Part shown: in pieces, positions 37,875 through 51,008 of the stretch
Layout of the letters: each line of letters starts with the position of its first letter
How positions within the stretch are numbered: position 1 is the stretch's first letter
Source of the DNA: Lama guanicoe
Lineage: Eukaryota
Assembly (NCBI GenBank): GCA_013239625.1
Contig: MU054187.1
Location: 2,241,757-2,305,756, forward strand
DNA length: 64,000 nt
Direction: 5' to 3'
The notes under the pieces: generated by a model
Databases searched by the model: none
Told to the model about the DNA's origin: nothing
Seen by the model: only the letters and a program-made list of their open reading frames with translations
Translations under genes and position numbers: made by a program

Positions 37875-38646
37875 NNNNNNNNNNNNNNNNNNNNNNNNNN
37901 NNNNNNNNNNNNNNNNNNNNNNNNNNNNNNNNNNNNNNNNNNNNNNNNNNNNNNNNNNNNNNNNNNNNNNNNNNNNNNNNNNNNNNNNNNNNNNNNNNNN
38001 NNNNNNNNNNNNNNNNNNNNNNNNNNNNNNNNNNNNNNNNNNNNNNNNNNNNNNNNNNNNNNNNNNNNNNNNNNNNNNNNNNNNNNNNNNNNNNNNNNNN
38101 NNNNNNNNNNNNNNNNNNNNNNNNNNNNNNNNNNNNNNNNNNNNNNNNNNNNNNNNNNNNNNNNNNNNNNNNNNNNNNNNNNNNNNNNNNNNNNNNNNNN
38201 NNNNNNNNNNNNNNNNNNNNNNNNNNNNNNNNNNNNNNNNNNNNNNNNNNNNNNNNNNNNNNNNNNNNNNNNNNNNNNNNNNNNNNNNNNNNNNNNNNNN
38301 NNNNNNNNNNNNNNNNNNNNNNNNNNNNNNNNNNNNNNNNNNNNNNNNNNNNNNNNNNNNNNNNNNNNNNNNNNNNNNNNNNNNNNNNNNNNNNNNNNNN
38401 NNNNNNNNNNNNNNNNNNNNNNNNNNNNNNNNNNNNNNNNNNNNNNNNNNNNNNNNNNNNNNNNNNNNNNNNNNNNNNNNNNNNNNNNNNNNNNNNNNNN
38501 NNNNNNNNNNNNNNNNNNNNNNNNNNNNNNNNNNNNNNNNNNNNNNNNNNNNNNNNNNNNNNNNNNNNNNNNNNNNNNNNNNNNNNNNNNNNNNNNNNNN
38601 NNNNNNNNNNNNNNNNNNNNNNNNNNNNNNNNNNNNNNNNNNNNNN
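37875..38646. other. Assembly gap
   Basis: Run of N. Confidence 1.
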
Positions 38647-40048
38647 TCTAAGTGAAGTAAGCCAGAAAAAGAAAGAAATATACCATATGATATTGCTCAT
38701 ATGTGGAATCTAAAAAAAAAAAAAGAAGACAAATGAACTTAAATATAAAACAGAAACAGACTCATAGACATAGAATACAAACTTGTGGTTGCCAGGGGTG
38801 AAGGAGGTGGGAAGGGACAGACTGGGAGTTTGAAATTTGTAGATACTGACAGGTAGATATAGAATAGATAAACAAGATTATACTGCATAGCACAGGGAAA
38901 GATATACAAGATCTTGTGGTAGCTCATGGTGAAAAAGAATGTGACAATGACTATATGTATGTTCATGTATAACTGAAAAATTGTGCTCTGCACTGGAAAT
39001 TGTCACAATGTTGTAAACTAACTATTCATAAAATAAAATTTTAAAAAAAGAAGCCTAGGTTGGTAAGTTATAATATATACACCCATGGAAAACTATACAA
39101 CCTGTTAAAATAATAATGTGTTGTTTATAAGTACAATACAGATGTACCATCGTCCTATAAGATAGCAGCAGGGGAAACCGAGAGCAGGGACCACGGGAAC
39201 TCCTGAACTACCTTCATGATTTATTTTAAGTCCCAAACTGCGCTAAAACATAAAGTTCATTTGAAAACATTATCCATATCGTTACTTCACTTAAAATTCC
39301 CCGGTGACTTTCTGATTAAAATGCTTACTTCTCTGAATGCTCATCATGTCCTAACCAGCATGGCCCCACTGGCTTCTCAGTTCCTATCTCCATCCCTGAG
39401 TCCTGGACGTCCCCCGTGCGCTGGCCCTGCAGGGCCGCCAGAGAGCCATCCTCCCCGCCGCAGTCTTCACATGCTTACTTCTCCGCCTGCCCCTCTTACC
39501 CAGGGACCAGACCAGCTCTACTGTCAGGCTTTTATTTTACTTTTGAGAGCCATTTTTTTAAACTTTTTTTTTATTTTATTAAAGTATAGTCTATTTACAA
39601 TGTGTTAGCTTCTGGCGTACAGAATAGTGATTCAGTTATATATATGTATCTATTCCTTTTCATACTCTTTTTCTCTCCAGGTTATCACAAGGTACTGAGT
39701 TAGTGCCGTAACTCTGGGGGACTTGGGATAAACAAGCGGCGCAGCGCTGCGCCGCTGGGGCCTCTCGGTCACGTCTTCCCTTCCTCGTTGCCAAGTTCAT
39801 CACGTTCTAAACAGCATCTTCTTCTTCCAACACGGCCTTTACGAAACTAGGTAACGCAGGTACCAGGTAAGACCACTGCAGGAGAGTCTTGCCTTTCTCG
39901 CAGTAACCATCTGCCTCCTCTTCCTGGCGGAAGCCGGCCGGCCGGCCCCCTCTCTGCCCGGCGGCAGAGGGGCGCCCGCGGCTGAGGCCCTCGGGGAGCA
40001 GGTGCCCGCGCGGCTCCGGGGCCCGGGCCCCGGGCCCCGGGCTCCGGC
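38647..40048. repeat. Copy 2 of near-identical duplication, including the L1 3' UTR (38647-39050)
   Basis: Matches 36476-37874 and supplies sequence for the 36553-36741 gap. Confidence 0.97.
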
Positions 40049-40095
40049 CGCCCCGGCCCGGCCGTGCGCGGCGCGGGCTTCGCAGGGGAGGCTTC
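39730..40095. promoter_or_regulatory. Short orphan CpG-rich island with (CCCGGGC)n repeats
   Basis: High CpG density; 7-mer repeats at ~40016-40045. Confidence 0.45.
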
Positions 40096-41204
40096 TGCTC
40101 TCTCCCTTTCTCGGGCAAAACCTACCCGATTTCCAGCTACCTTCTGAAGAAAAGAGTCCACAGTGGAAAATGAAGCAAATTGTCCAGGTGGTATTTTGAG
40201 TCAGGACGTTGTCAGGACGCCCCTCAACGTGTAAATGATACACTCTTTCTCCCACTTCCCGGAAGACTAGAAAACATACTAAACTCCCCGGCAGGCTGCC
40301 CAGCTCTCCTCATGAAGGTTTAAAACCTCCCTGTACCTCTCTGGGCTCCCTACTGACTCTTTGAAGCAACTCATGATGAGCTTAATTGGCTGCAAATCTC
40401 TGAATTATTTCTACACCACACTGTGTTCCATGATGCACGTCTTGTTGCTTTTAATGGGAGCTGTTTTCCCCAAAGGGCTTTAATGTCTCTAGCCTAGTTC
40501 AAAGCCAGTAAAATTCATCTCCTAAAAAAAAAAAAATTCCTTCTATGGCAATAAATAAGATATTAAGGCAATGCTAAGCTCACTTTTTTATGTCACAGTG
40601 TTTATAACCAAATGTTTGCAGGATACACTGTATTTTAAATGGCCCCCTAACTAGTGAAAAATGCCAGTCTGCCCTCAGCTCCTTGTTTTTCCACATTTAC
40701 TAACATTCTGGAATAAGCTTTGTATAGTTTATAAAAAAAAAAAAAGGCCAAGGACATGTGCAAATATCACCCTAGAATTACAGAAAATGGTATCAAAAGG
40801 TTAAACAATTCACTCTCAGTCTCAGCAAACACAGCGGCTGGCTGAGCGGAGACCCTCTGGACAGAAGAAGGGGCGTTCTGTGGTCTCACGGGCTCTCAGC
40901 AATGAAAGAGCTGAAATTATTGTTTATGATAAACCTCAGTTAACCAGCAGCCTGTCAGTAATTGTAGGTCCATGCCGACTCCGCCGTCCTTAGAGAAAGT
41001 GTTTCAGTAGAACTATTGAAATAAAAACTGGTTTCGGCTAATCCGAAAGTAGGCATAAATTCCAGTATTTCAAACAGAAATACTATTCCAGTTAATTATT
41101 ACCCTTCCTGCAAACAGCAGCTCTGAACTCCTTTGAGGTGAGTTAACTGTAGTAACAAAAGTGTCTTCATGAAGACTGTCTTTATAGAGAAATCTAGAAA
41201 GCAG

Positions 41205-41735
41205 TTTTATCAGTTGGGTGCCAGTGGCAGAAACCCACGCATGATGCACATAATACAGAGAATTTATTGGTTCACATACTTTAAAAGTCTGGAAGCAAAC
41301 ACACTGCTTAGATTAGACTTTGTGGAGCGGCTGGAATGATGTCACCAGTGGCCCTGGCTTCTCCCTCTCTCTGCCGTGACTCCCCACGTCAGGTGTGTCC
41401 TCGGCAGCTCCAGGGACTCTCCTGCTGGTGGCGCACGGCTGCAGCAGCTTTGAGCCCCGCACCCTCACCCCACACCACCCAGAACAAGGGAGACTCTGCC
41501 AACGGCTGCCCCAGGAGGTGAGGCAGCTCCCCTTCCCTAAGGCCGGTCTCCCTCACGTCTCTGTGACTCTGACTGGCTCATGTGCCCACATCTGAGCCAG
41601 TCCCTGTCCCAGGGGGATTGAATAACCAGTGGGCTTAAGTCCCCTGCAGCCAAGACTTGGAATTGCAGCTGGACTGGGGCATTGAGGCTGGCGGGAGAAC
41701 AGAGAAACCGTCAATGCTGGGGAGACGACAGATGT
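41205..41735 (-). mobile_element. MaLR LTR (MLT1J/K-like)
   Basis: gccagtggcagaaaccc...gaatttattggttcacat...ggctcatgtgcccacatctgagccagtccctgtcccaggggg. Confidence 0.65.
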
Positions 41736-42054
41736 CCGCTACAGCAGGAAGTGAGGAGCTCTCAAACTTCCTAAAACATGGAAGCCCATGGAGGCTGGAG
41801 GATGGAGGGGACAGCGGAGTTAACGCAAGCCGTCAGCCAGCTCCAGGTTTAAAACTGATTAAACCAGGCAGGCAGTTTTTGCCATATTTTCCCAGGCACT
41901 CAAGTTAAGTTAAAAAAATACCCGGGTGGTTGAAGATCGAGTGGTAGGAAGGCCACACAGAAACAGCTTTAAATATTTTTAATTAAAAAAATATTTTAAA
42001 CCCTAACGCTGTAGAAGAAAGACTAAAAAATGTGTTCACTGAGCTGTCAGTTCA

Positions 42055-42280
42055 GATTTTGGAGGCAGAGAGACCTGGGTTTACCCCCAAGTTGCTCTGC
42101 TTACAAGCTGCGTGGTTTATGGCAGCTGGTTTTCCTTCCTTGCGGTTCAGTTTTTTCACCTGAATAATAAGGATGATGAGGCTCTTAATAATACTTAGCT
42201 CAGGTAGTGTTTGAGAATTAAAATCAGACCGTGTCGGCAGCACGTCTGAATGTCCGGTGCAGGGCGGGAGCTCAGCGGGG
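42055..42280 (+). mobile_element. MIR SINE
   Basis: tttggaggcagagagacctgggttt...ttcagttttttcacctgaataataaggatgat...gagaattaaa. Confidence 0.8.
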
Positions 42281-43968
42281 CTGGGCGGGGCCCTCACTGG
42301 GGTGACGGGCCGTTGCTCCCCTCCCAGTCCCTGAGAGCCGCACCAAGAAGTCCCTGTTTCTGTTTTCTTGCTACTTTTCCTGATTCTTGCTGTCCTTACA
42401 TATTCTTGAACAGCAAATTTCTCACGTACAGGAACACATCTGGGATCATACTGGTATCTAAAATAGACATCTTTACCCAAGGAACTATTTCTGCGATGAC
42501 AAAGAGAGGGTGAAGGAAGAGGGGAGTTGAAGCGAGCAAGATGAGGTGATTGCTTCCAGAGAATGATCACAGCATTGTCGCGCAGAGAGAAGCAAATGTC
42601 CTTTTCCTCCCCAAGCCTTTATTTAACTGTCACCACACAGCAATTAAGTTCAAAGCAGAGCCGCAATTTGCAAAGTACCTTGAAATTTTGATGAGAAGTA
42701 TTATGCATGGACTAGGTAACAGGAACAATGAGAGGAAATGTAAAAATAGACCTTTCCACCACAATGGGATTCACGGTGCGTGCGCTGGTGTGTGCCGAGT
42801 GTATCCGACGCGTTACCTTGGTTCTCTCCTGCTCCCAAAGCTTATTCTAGGTGAACCCTCCCGCTGAGTGACCAATGAAAGCTATCTGTCCTGTTGTCAC
42901 TTGCACAGACTCTTCCATGCCTTGCAAATTTGCAAAGGAGTCAACCTTATAATCAGTCAGACTAATCAGTGCCGGATGCAGTGGGGAAGAGCCCTTCCAC
43001 AACCTCTTTTTTCTCGGTCGCAAATATGTAATTTGATGGGGACTATTTGGACCTCAATTATAATTCCATCTAATAGGAACCTTTTCAAGCCAGTTGGAAG
43101 ACGGGGTTTCTAAGCACCGAGTTTAACAATCAGATCATATTCCATCATAAGAAGGAACCGTATTTGCTTAATTATTCCCCTACTACTGAGGATTTTGATA
43201 ATTTTTTATTTTACTTTTGGGGAACTAGAAACTTTTCTGCATATACCATTTCCTACACTTTGGATTGTTTCTTCAGGACAAATTCCTAGATGTAATATTA
43301 GTATAATAAATGGGCATGAATATGTTAATGACTCTTAATATAAATTGCGAGACTGCCTCCCCAAGTCGCTGTGTCACTCTGCAGCATCTCCGTGGAGCGC
43401 TGCTCCCTGTAGAGCCCCGGGAACGCACACCCTGCCAACAGCAACATCCAAGGGATCCAGGAAGTGACTAAGAGTCTACTAAGCACTTCATATATTGTAG
43501 CTACATTCAAGTGTGTCTTTTAAATTTTTGTTATATTTTCTAACTAGTCATTCTTGACATACAGTAATCCATTTGACTTTTAATGTGAATTCATTCCTTT
43601 GTTCATACCTCATATTTTTTCATTTTCAATTGATTGCCTTGATGTTTTTAGTCAAAAAATTTTTCAACTACAAAGTGATCAGTTTTATTCCTTGCCAATA
43701 TTTTATATACTTACTTCTGTTCCATGTCTTATTGTAGAAGACAGAACTTCCAAGCTAATGTTTATGTAACAGTGATGACATCGATTCTTAATTTGATGCT
43801 AATGTTAATGGTCTCTACAGACTCAGCTTTGCATTTAATCTTGACGTTACGAAGCTATACTACTGTTCTGACTGTTACCTTTCTCGGGCTGGGTGGTGAG
43901 TTTTAGAAGTTAATGTCTCCATGTTTATGAATACAAACGCTTGTTTGATTTGTAGTGAGTCGTCATTA

Positions 43969-44614
43969 TGTTACTAAACCACACCTGGGTCTGCTTGCCC
44001 AATGTACAGCAAAGCCAATCTACTGATGCCAGGTCGTGGTGAAGGAAAGCACAGCATTTACTGCAGGGCGCCAAGCAAGGAGAATGGGCAGCCCTTGCTC
44101 AAAGATCCAAACTCCCCAATGGCTTTCGGAGAAGAGGCTTTTAAAGGCAAGGTGAGGGAGAGGGCCACAGGGTGCGTGATCAGACTCATGGACGTTCTTC
44201 TGATTGCTTGGCTTTGAGGTAACCAGGTGGTGTTTCAGGAGTCAGCTTCATCAACCTTCTGGTTCCAGCTGGTCTGGGGTCTTCATATTCGGGTCAGCAT
44301 TCAGTCAACTTCCTCCATCTGGTGGGAGTTTTAGTACCTGCAGAACAACTCAAGCATACGACTCAGGATATAATCTCTAGCCTTGAGGAGGAGCTAAGGG
44401 TCCTTGACTTTGTTTATGGATAAACAATTATGATTTTGTCTTGCTTGACTGCTTCCCTTTGTTTCTTCATTTCTCCATTTCTCTGATTAAATATGTTCTT
44501 TGGAACTTGGGGAAGGCCTAGGAGGCTGAAGCTTTTCTACAAGCAAGAGTCAGGGGACAAGGAGGTGGGGAGATCTGGTCCCAGGAAGGCCCTGCAGGGT
44601 CCTGCTCAGTTTCA
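43969..44614 (-). mobile_element. ERV1-class solo LTR (~646 bp)
   Basis: TG...CA termini (tgttact / agtttca), 4-bp flanks atta/gtta, minus-strand TATA-like cctttaaaagc and polyA-like AGTAAA. Confidence 0.8.
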
Positions 44615-44919
44615 GTTATAGTCTTGTGTTCACCATATTGTAGGAGGCTTTGCCTTTGGATTTTAATATGCCTTGGAATCACAATTGCTAATAATTTATG
44701 TAGGCATTTCTAGTATTTATTTGTGTATCAACATTGTGTATTTTTGTAGGAGAAAAACATCATTTCTTATCTTTTCTACATTATGAAACAGCTTTATAAA
44801 AAAGGAATTATTTCTCCCATAATGCTTGAAATAGCTTACCAAGACAACTTTCTGTGCCTAGATCCCTTTAAACAGTAATTCCTTGCTAACTCAGCACCAT
44901 GCATAATTAATGGTCTACT

Positions 44920-45265
44920 CAGAGATAAATGGGGGGAAAAGGGGGAAAAAAAAGAATAGAGAACACCAAACTCTGTTTCTTTGAAAAGATCAACAAAATT
45001 GACAAACCTTTACCTGGATTAGGAAAATTAGGGACAAGATACAAACAATTGAAATCAGAAAATAAGGTGAAGACATTACTACCAAACCTACAGAAATACA
45101 AAGAGTTATGAGAGAATACTATGGACAATTATATGCCAATCAATTAAATAACCTAGAAAAAAGGACAAATTATTATAAATACATAAATTACCTAAACTGA
45201 TGCAAGAAAAATAGAAAATCTGAACATACTTATAATAAGATATTAAGTCAGTAATCAAAAACTGC
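44920..45265 (+). mobile_element. L1 ORF2 internal fragment
   Basis: Encodes CFFEKINKIDKPL, followed by typical ORF2 linker-region sequence. Confidence 0.88.
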
Positions 45266-45269
45266 TCTG

Positions 45270-45790
45270 GTACAGTCCACTCTGCAGCAGCAAAAACATC
45301 CCTTTTGAGATGTAAATCATATCACATTAGTCCACTGCCTAAAACTACTGCTCAAAGAAGAATCAAAGCCTTTAAAACAACTGTGAGACTCTATAATCTG
45401 TATCAACTCCGCCCACCACGTCCTCCCTGATCTCATTTCCTTCTGTGCCTTTCTTTTTCTTTTTATCCCAGGCAAAAAAAAAAAAAAAAAAAAACTCTTC
45501 TTATTTTTTACATCTTAAAAATATACCCTGTTTTTGTCACTCTCTACTCCACGTAGATCCTTTGAGTTTTTTTTCCCAAAATAGTACAAACCACTACCTG
45601 ATACCTTATTTGTTTACTGGCTAATTATGCAGGGGAACAACATGCACACTCACACGTACACACGTTCACACAGACACAAACCTCAACAGAACAAGACTTC
45701 ACTGTTTTATTTACCGACATCCCAAATAACTAGGTAAGCCCCTGGCCCCAGCTAGACCCATAATAAACATTTATTGAATGATGTAATGAA
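45270..45790 (+). mobile_element. L2 3' end
   Basis: aaatcatatcacattagtccactgcctaaaac...cctggccccagctagacccataataaacatttattgaatg. Confidence 0.65.
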
Positions 45791-48289
45791 GTCAATTTCA
45801 TTATGAAGCATTAACTATATTTCTATTAAGTATCAAACACTGCCCTAAGTATAATTATACCTCTTTTAGCATTTCTAACAATCCTAACAGTTCTAAAAAT
45901 TAACTACAATTATCCTTTTTGATGAGGTTCTGAGAGATTGAGGACTTGCTTAAGATTACATAGCATGTTAATAGAATTGGATTTCAGGCTTTTAATTTCA
46001 AGCTTTTAGCTCTGTTACATCAGTTGTCAGTAATACTGGGTGCCCTGGGCAACCACAGAATAGAACCCATGGAGACAGGATTAAAAGCCAGACACCAGTG
46101 AGAACCATTCTGGGCAGCCTCAATATCTGGTTTTGTAGCCTTTCGTCAGATTACAACGGCCACTACTCAGACTAGAGTTTTGAACTTCTGCAGGAAGTGC
46201 ATTTTCCTGATGTGCAGAGCTACCAGACAGCATCCTTCCCATCAGGGAAACAGGCGGACAAGCCGTCTATGCCCCTGGGGTTTCCATACTGTTTTGTCAC
46301 ACTGACTAGAATAACAGCTTTGAAGGATGATTTAAAGTAAAATTACTGGTGCAAAAAAGTCTATTCTGTGGATAGTCACATGATTTGTCCCAGTTGTGCA
46401 CCTTCTAATTAAGAAAGAAATATGTGCATAATAAGCTCCAGCTACAATTTGCTCATTATTGTTTGTTCTTAATTCGGCAGGGAGACTTCCAGGGTGAACA
46501 GAGTGCGCGCTCTAAGGCAAGCTGTTCCCTTACACTGCACACAAGTCTCAAACAATCCAGTTCTAAAGACTATTTTTGCTAAAACGCATCCTCTTGGGAC
46601 CTTTGCTTAGAGGTTGTTCAAGAGGAAAAACGATGAATGCAGAACAAAAGGCAAAGTGATGTGGGAAATGGTCAATTTTCCCTCATTTCGGGACTGAGTG
46701 TGGAAAAGCAAGTTAATATTCAGCCAGGTGTTGGAATCTCCGAACACATAACTTTAACGTGAACCCTCAGCAAAGATTATGCATTTCATCTTCTTAGAAG
46801 CATTGTTTCTGGAGGAGTTTGGGGTACATAAGTCCACAGCGTTTTTAAGAAGAGTTTAGGGAAAAGGCAGTCCACTCGAAGTAGGGCAGAGAAGATCACC
46901 AGACGGGACATGGAACTGCAGGCACCAAAACGGCATGTCTGCTGCTGTTTCAGTTTTTGTGGAGTCGGGGAGGAAGCCGTCCTGTGAATGAGGAGAAATG
47001 TGCGACATTTGCTTAACCAAGAGTGGCTTAAATTGGGAAAGATTAAAGTTTAAAGAAGAGTTTTGTTTAAACTCATTATAATGAAGTGAAGAAAAGAAAG
47101 ATAAAGATTACAGATAAACTTTAATCTCTGAAAAATTAAGAGTACAGTCATGTTTACATTACTTTGATGTATGGGAAAAGTAAAATTTAACTAAATTTGT
47201 GTTGCTCGTCATGCTAAGATACTCTTTGTTGCATGAGCTCTTTTTTGGTTTCCCACTGCCCACTCTAACTTCTAAAGGCGATACGTGCCCTGCCTTCTGG
47301 TCCAGTCACGTTCTTTCCGTACATAAACACACCATGTTCACCTACACTTCTGGGCTTTCTTTTAGGTGATTTGTTCCGCCAGTAACACGTTTCTTCCTCC
47401 CTAGCCGTTTTCCAAATCATACCCATTTATCCAGCCTCAGCTTGTCACGGTTTCTCTGCGTCGTCTTTAATACCCACTGTTGGTCTCTTCCCTCTTCAAA
47501 CGCTTTTAGGACCCAGAGTCTGGATCACAAAATTTAGTGTGCGTGATTCCTTGTATTATATCTCATGTGTGTCGCTTTTATGTTTCTCAAACTCAGATTT
47601 AAGCTTTGACCCCTGGCACCGTGTTTTATATCTCACTGGTACCCCACACGGTACCTGACACAATGGCGACGGCAAAGGAAGTATGCAAAAGTGCCCTTTG
47701 ATTGGTAATGAAGTGCAATGAACTTAATAAAAAATAAAACCGCTGCCAGCCCTGGGACCCCTGCTTTTTAGCTAAGGTTTCTTAAATAAATCCAAGTCAG
47801 CCTGGTTTTCAGAATCCTAGGAAACTTCTGTGGCTCCATGTCACCTGCCATGAAGTAAAAACTCAAATCTAAATGGGAAGAGTACATTTTAACATCAGAT
47901 CCCATCTCACTCCCCATCTCAGCACCTGCCATCTTTGCTGGCTATTTCAGTGTTCACGTCAGAGACCATCCTTATCCTGGTACCCTGGCACTTGACTTGG
48001 GAACCTCCAAAGACATAAGGAAGTTAAAACGCCACAGAGTCATCCGTTACTAGCAAGAATCAGCATTTCTCTTATGTAAGCACTCCCCACGTTGCTGCAA
48101 GCGTTTGGTTCACTTCCAGAGTTCCCAAAATACTGATTCTGATACTTTTGCCAGCTTCTCACTGTTTTTACGGAGGGTAGAATTCAGAGCTCCTTCCTCC
48201 ATTTTGCTGACACCATCTCCCCCTTTGTTTCCTGAGCCCCTCCACCTACCATCCAAACTCCGTCCTCCTCAGTCACAGGCAGATCACTC

Positions 48290-48500
48290 AAAAGGCTGTT
48301 TGCGCTCGTCACTCCATTTGCTTATCCCCCACTTCATCCTCAAGCCTCTGTCATTTGGCTTCGACTCCCACCGCCCCACTGAGACGGCTCTTCCTAAAGT
48401 CACCAGTGGCCCCCGTGCCCAAGATGCATTTGTCTGACTATTTTCTATCATCTAAACACTCTCAGCTTTATTCTTCGGCGAGGCCTCTCTCAAAGCCCAG
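48290..48500 (+). mobile_element. L2 reverse-transcriptase remnant
   Basis: Peptide LKPLSFGFDSHRPTETALPKVTS resembles the L2/CR1 RT motif PLQSGFRxxHSTETALxKV. Confidence 0.7.
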
Positions 48501-50416
48501 CTCTCAGCACCGTGTCTGACACACAGCAGGCTCTCCTCAGTGCTTCCCTCTTTTGGTCACTTTCACTCTGGCCTGGACGCCCCCTCCATCCTGGCCTGTG
48601 GATGCTCCTCGGGATTCGGTGACAAACAACCTTACGTCTCACCGTGCAGCCCACCCCTAGGCATTCGCGTCCACTTGCAGGGCTCCAGCTCATCTCGACG
48701 TGCAAACCAAACACATCGGAACCTAGCCAGCACCTTCTCCAGGGAGCCTTCCTCACCTCGTGCTGTCTTCCACAGCGAGTACCAGTCACGCACCGGAAGC
48801 CTAGGAGGTACTTTCTGCCCACATCACTCTTCCCGCTGGAAATGATAATACAGAAGTGTTACTAAACAAACCAATTCCCTTGGTTGAGAAATTATAAAAA
48901 TTCTTGGCCACCTGCTTACGTTTTTAAGGCACAGGCTAACTTCCCGAGGGAATTCCAGGAACGTAAAACAAAGCTTATGAAGAGCATCTGCTGAAACACC
49001 AAGTTCCCACTAGACCTGACTTGGAGGGAGAAAGGTAAGCTGGACTCCCCTGGAAGCCTTTCAGAGGCCGCCTAGCTGGGCACAGTGTGTCCTGCAGACG
49101 TCAGAGTCAGAAATAAACCTGCCTCAAGAGAGGAGAGGCACTTTGACCTCCCTTGTAAGGGGGACACAGCTGGCTGTCCTCTGTAAGAGCTTCTCTAGAT
49201 GGAGAATGGCTAAACTCTGCTAGATACGGCAGCTTTGCAGATATTGGATGAAACCTAGACACGGAATAGAAGCTGAAGATACAATGAGACCAAGTGATAA
49301 CCTAGCAACTCAGCTTGCGGGTGAGGGCGGTGTCCTGTAAAAGAAGTTCTATATTAAAGAAAGAAATATAATGCATCAAAGTTGTGTCAGTAAACTTCAC
49401 TAACATGCTGTATATGGACTCCGTGTCGCTTGAAGCTAGGTGTACTTCTCTGTGGAGTTTTACATTCTACACCATCTATGTGACCAAATTGTGCCTTTCT
49501 TAAATGAGGGTGAAGGAGTCATATGTTCTGTCTTCTTAACTGCCAGCTTGTTACATAAGACATCGAGTTTTTTCAAAAAAGAACTCAAAGGTGCTCTAAT
49601 AGTTGCCTAGGAGACAAGAAAATACAGGACATTATTTGGACATATTTGTGACTCTGACCCCAAGAATTCCAACAATTCATACCCAAATGATTACCCAAAG
49701 CTGCACTTTCCTTAAGTTTATTTCACATTTAAGGTTCAGTTTTTTTTTTTATCAAGATTTGAGACACTTCTGCTCATCTTACTTGAACTGATTTTCAAGA
49801 CAACAGCAACAATCATCAGTGATCTATTAATATGCTAATTGATCCCAAAAAGCAGGAAAACATCACACAAAACAAAATGCTAATATCATCACCAAGATTG
49901 ACTACGGTTTTATTAAAAATCCCCTTCATATCTCCTTTACCTTCAAACATCGCCCCCCAGGTCAACGAGCTCTCTCATCCATTGTCTCCAACACTAGCTC
50001 AGTAGACACAGAAATGCAACCCCTGTGAAATGATGGCATGTCATGTCCTCCCTTTTGTCTAAGTGATAGTTGGCAGTCATGAGAATGGGCTAACAGTGAT
50101 AGCAGCTGGGACACCCTGAGCCTCCAGGAGCTCTAGATCTGGCCAAGAATGTTTGCGCCCTTGCCTGCCTTTCCTGCAAGCGCACCCATGTCATTTACCC
50201 GAGGAAAGAAACTGAAGCCAAGTGACCAAGCTTCCCTTAGAATCAAAGAAAAGTTCTTAGAAAGGAACTTCTAGAGACCATCAAATCTGTTTCCTGTCAC
50301 CTGGCCACTCCAGTATGTGACCGTGGTGTTTTGGGGTTTTTTGTTTTCTTTTTTTTGTTTGTTTGCTTTTTTTAGAGTTCTCCAGAAAGGAACACCCGAA
50401 AGTTTTCCTCAGTCAC

Positions 50417-51008
50417 TATACTGGTTTCCTGAGTTTGCTGTGACAAATTATGACAAATTTAGGGGCTGAAAACAACAAAACTGTCCTCTCTCACAGTTCC
50501 TGAGACCAGAAGTCTGACATCAAGTTGTCAGGAGGACCACGCTCCCCCCGGAGGCTCTTGGGGGAAATGCTTCTTTGCCGTATCCAAGTTCCTTTGTGTT
50601 CCATGGTTGCAGTCACATCACTCTGATGTCTGCCTCCTTGGTCATCTTGCCTCCCCCTCTTCTGTGCTGTCATTTCCCTCTGCCTCTTTTCTATTGACAT
50701 TTGTGATTGGATTTAGGGGCCCCAAATAATGCGGGATAATCTCTCCTGATTTCAAGATTTTGGGGGGAGGGGTGGGTAATTAGGTGGGCTTTTTTTGAGG
50801 GCGGTACTGGGGATTGAACCCAGGACCGCGTGCATGCTAAGCAAGCGCTTTACCGATGAGCTATACACTGCCCCCATCTCAAGATTCTTAACCTAATCAC
50901 ATCTGCAAAGTGAAGTCACACCTTTTTTGCCATGTAAGGTAACAGCCACAGGTTCCCGGGATTCAAAGATGGATACCTTGTGGGGCCCCCATTACTCAGC
51001 CTACCATA
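50417..51008 (-). mobile_element. MaLR LTR, MLT1C-like, interrupted by a SINE
   Basis: gctgtgacaaattatgacaaattt...ctcacagttcctgagaccagaagtctga...gccatgtaaggtaaca...cagcctaccata. Confidence 0.85.
50759..50875 (-). mobile_element. tRNA-Ala-derived camelid SINE (vic-1 type)
   Basis: Antisense A/B boxes (ggggattgaacccagg...gagctatac), acctaattacc tail motif, TSD atttcaagatt / atctcaagatt; nested in the MLT1. Confidence 0.9.

Noticed and set aside
37633..38700. 355-aa and 275-aa ORFs, and other X-containing ORFs at 36.5, 52.5, 55.5 and 58.3 kb
   Set aside because: They run through N gaps; their length is an artefact.
37042..39608. Two identical 130-aa ORFs as a duplicated gene
   Set aside because: Chance ORF over L2/L1 remnants within the probable assembly duplication.
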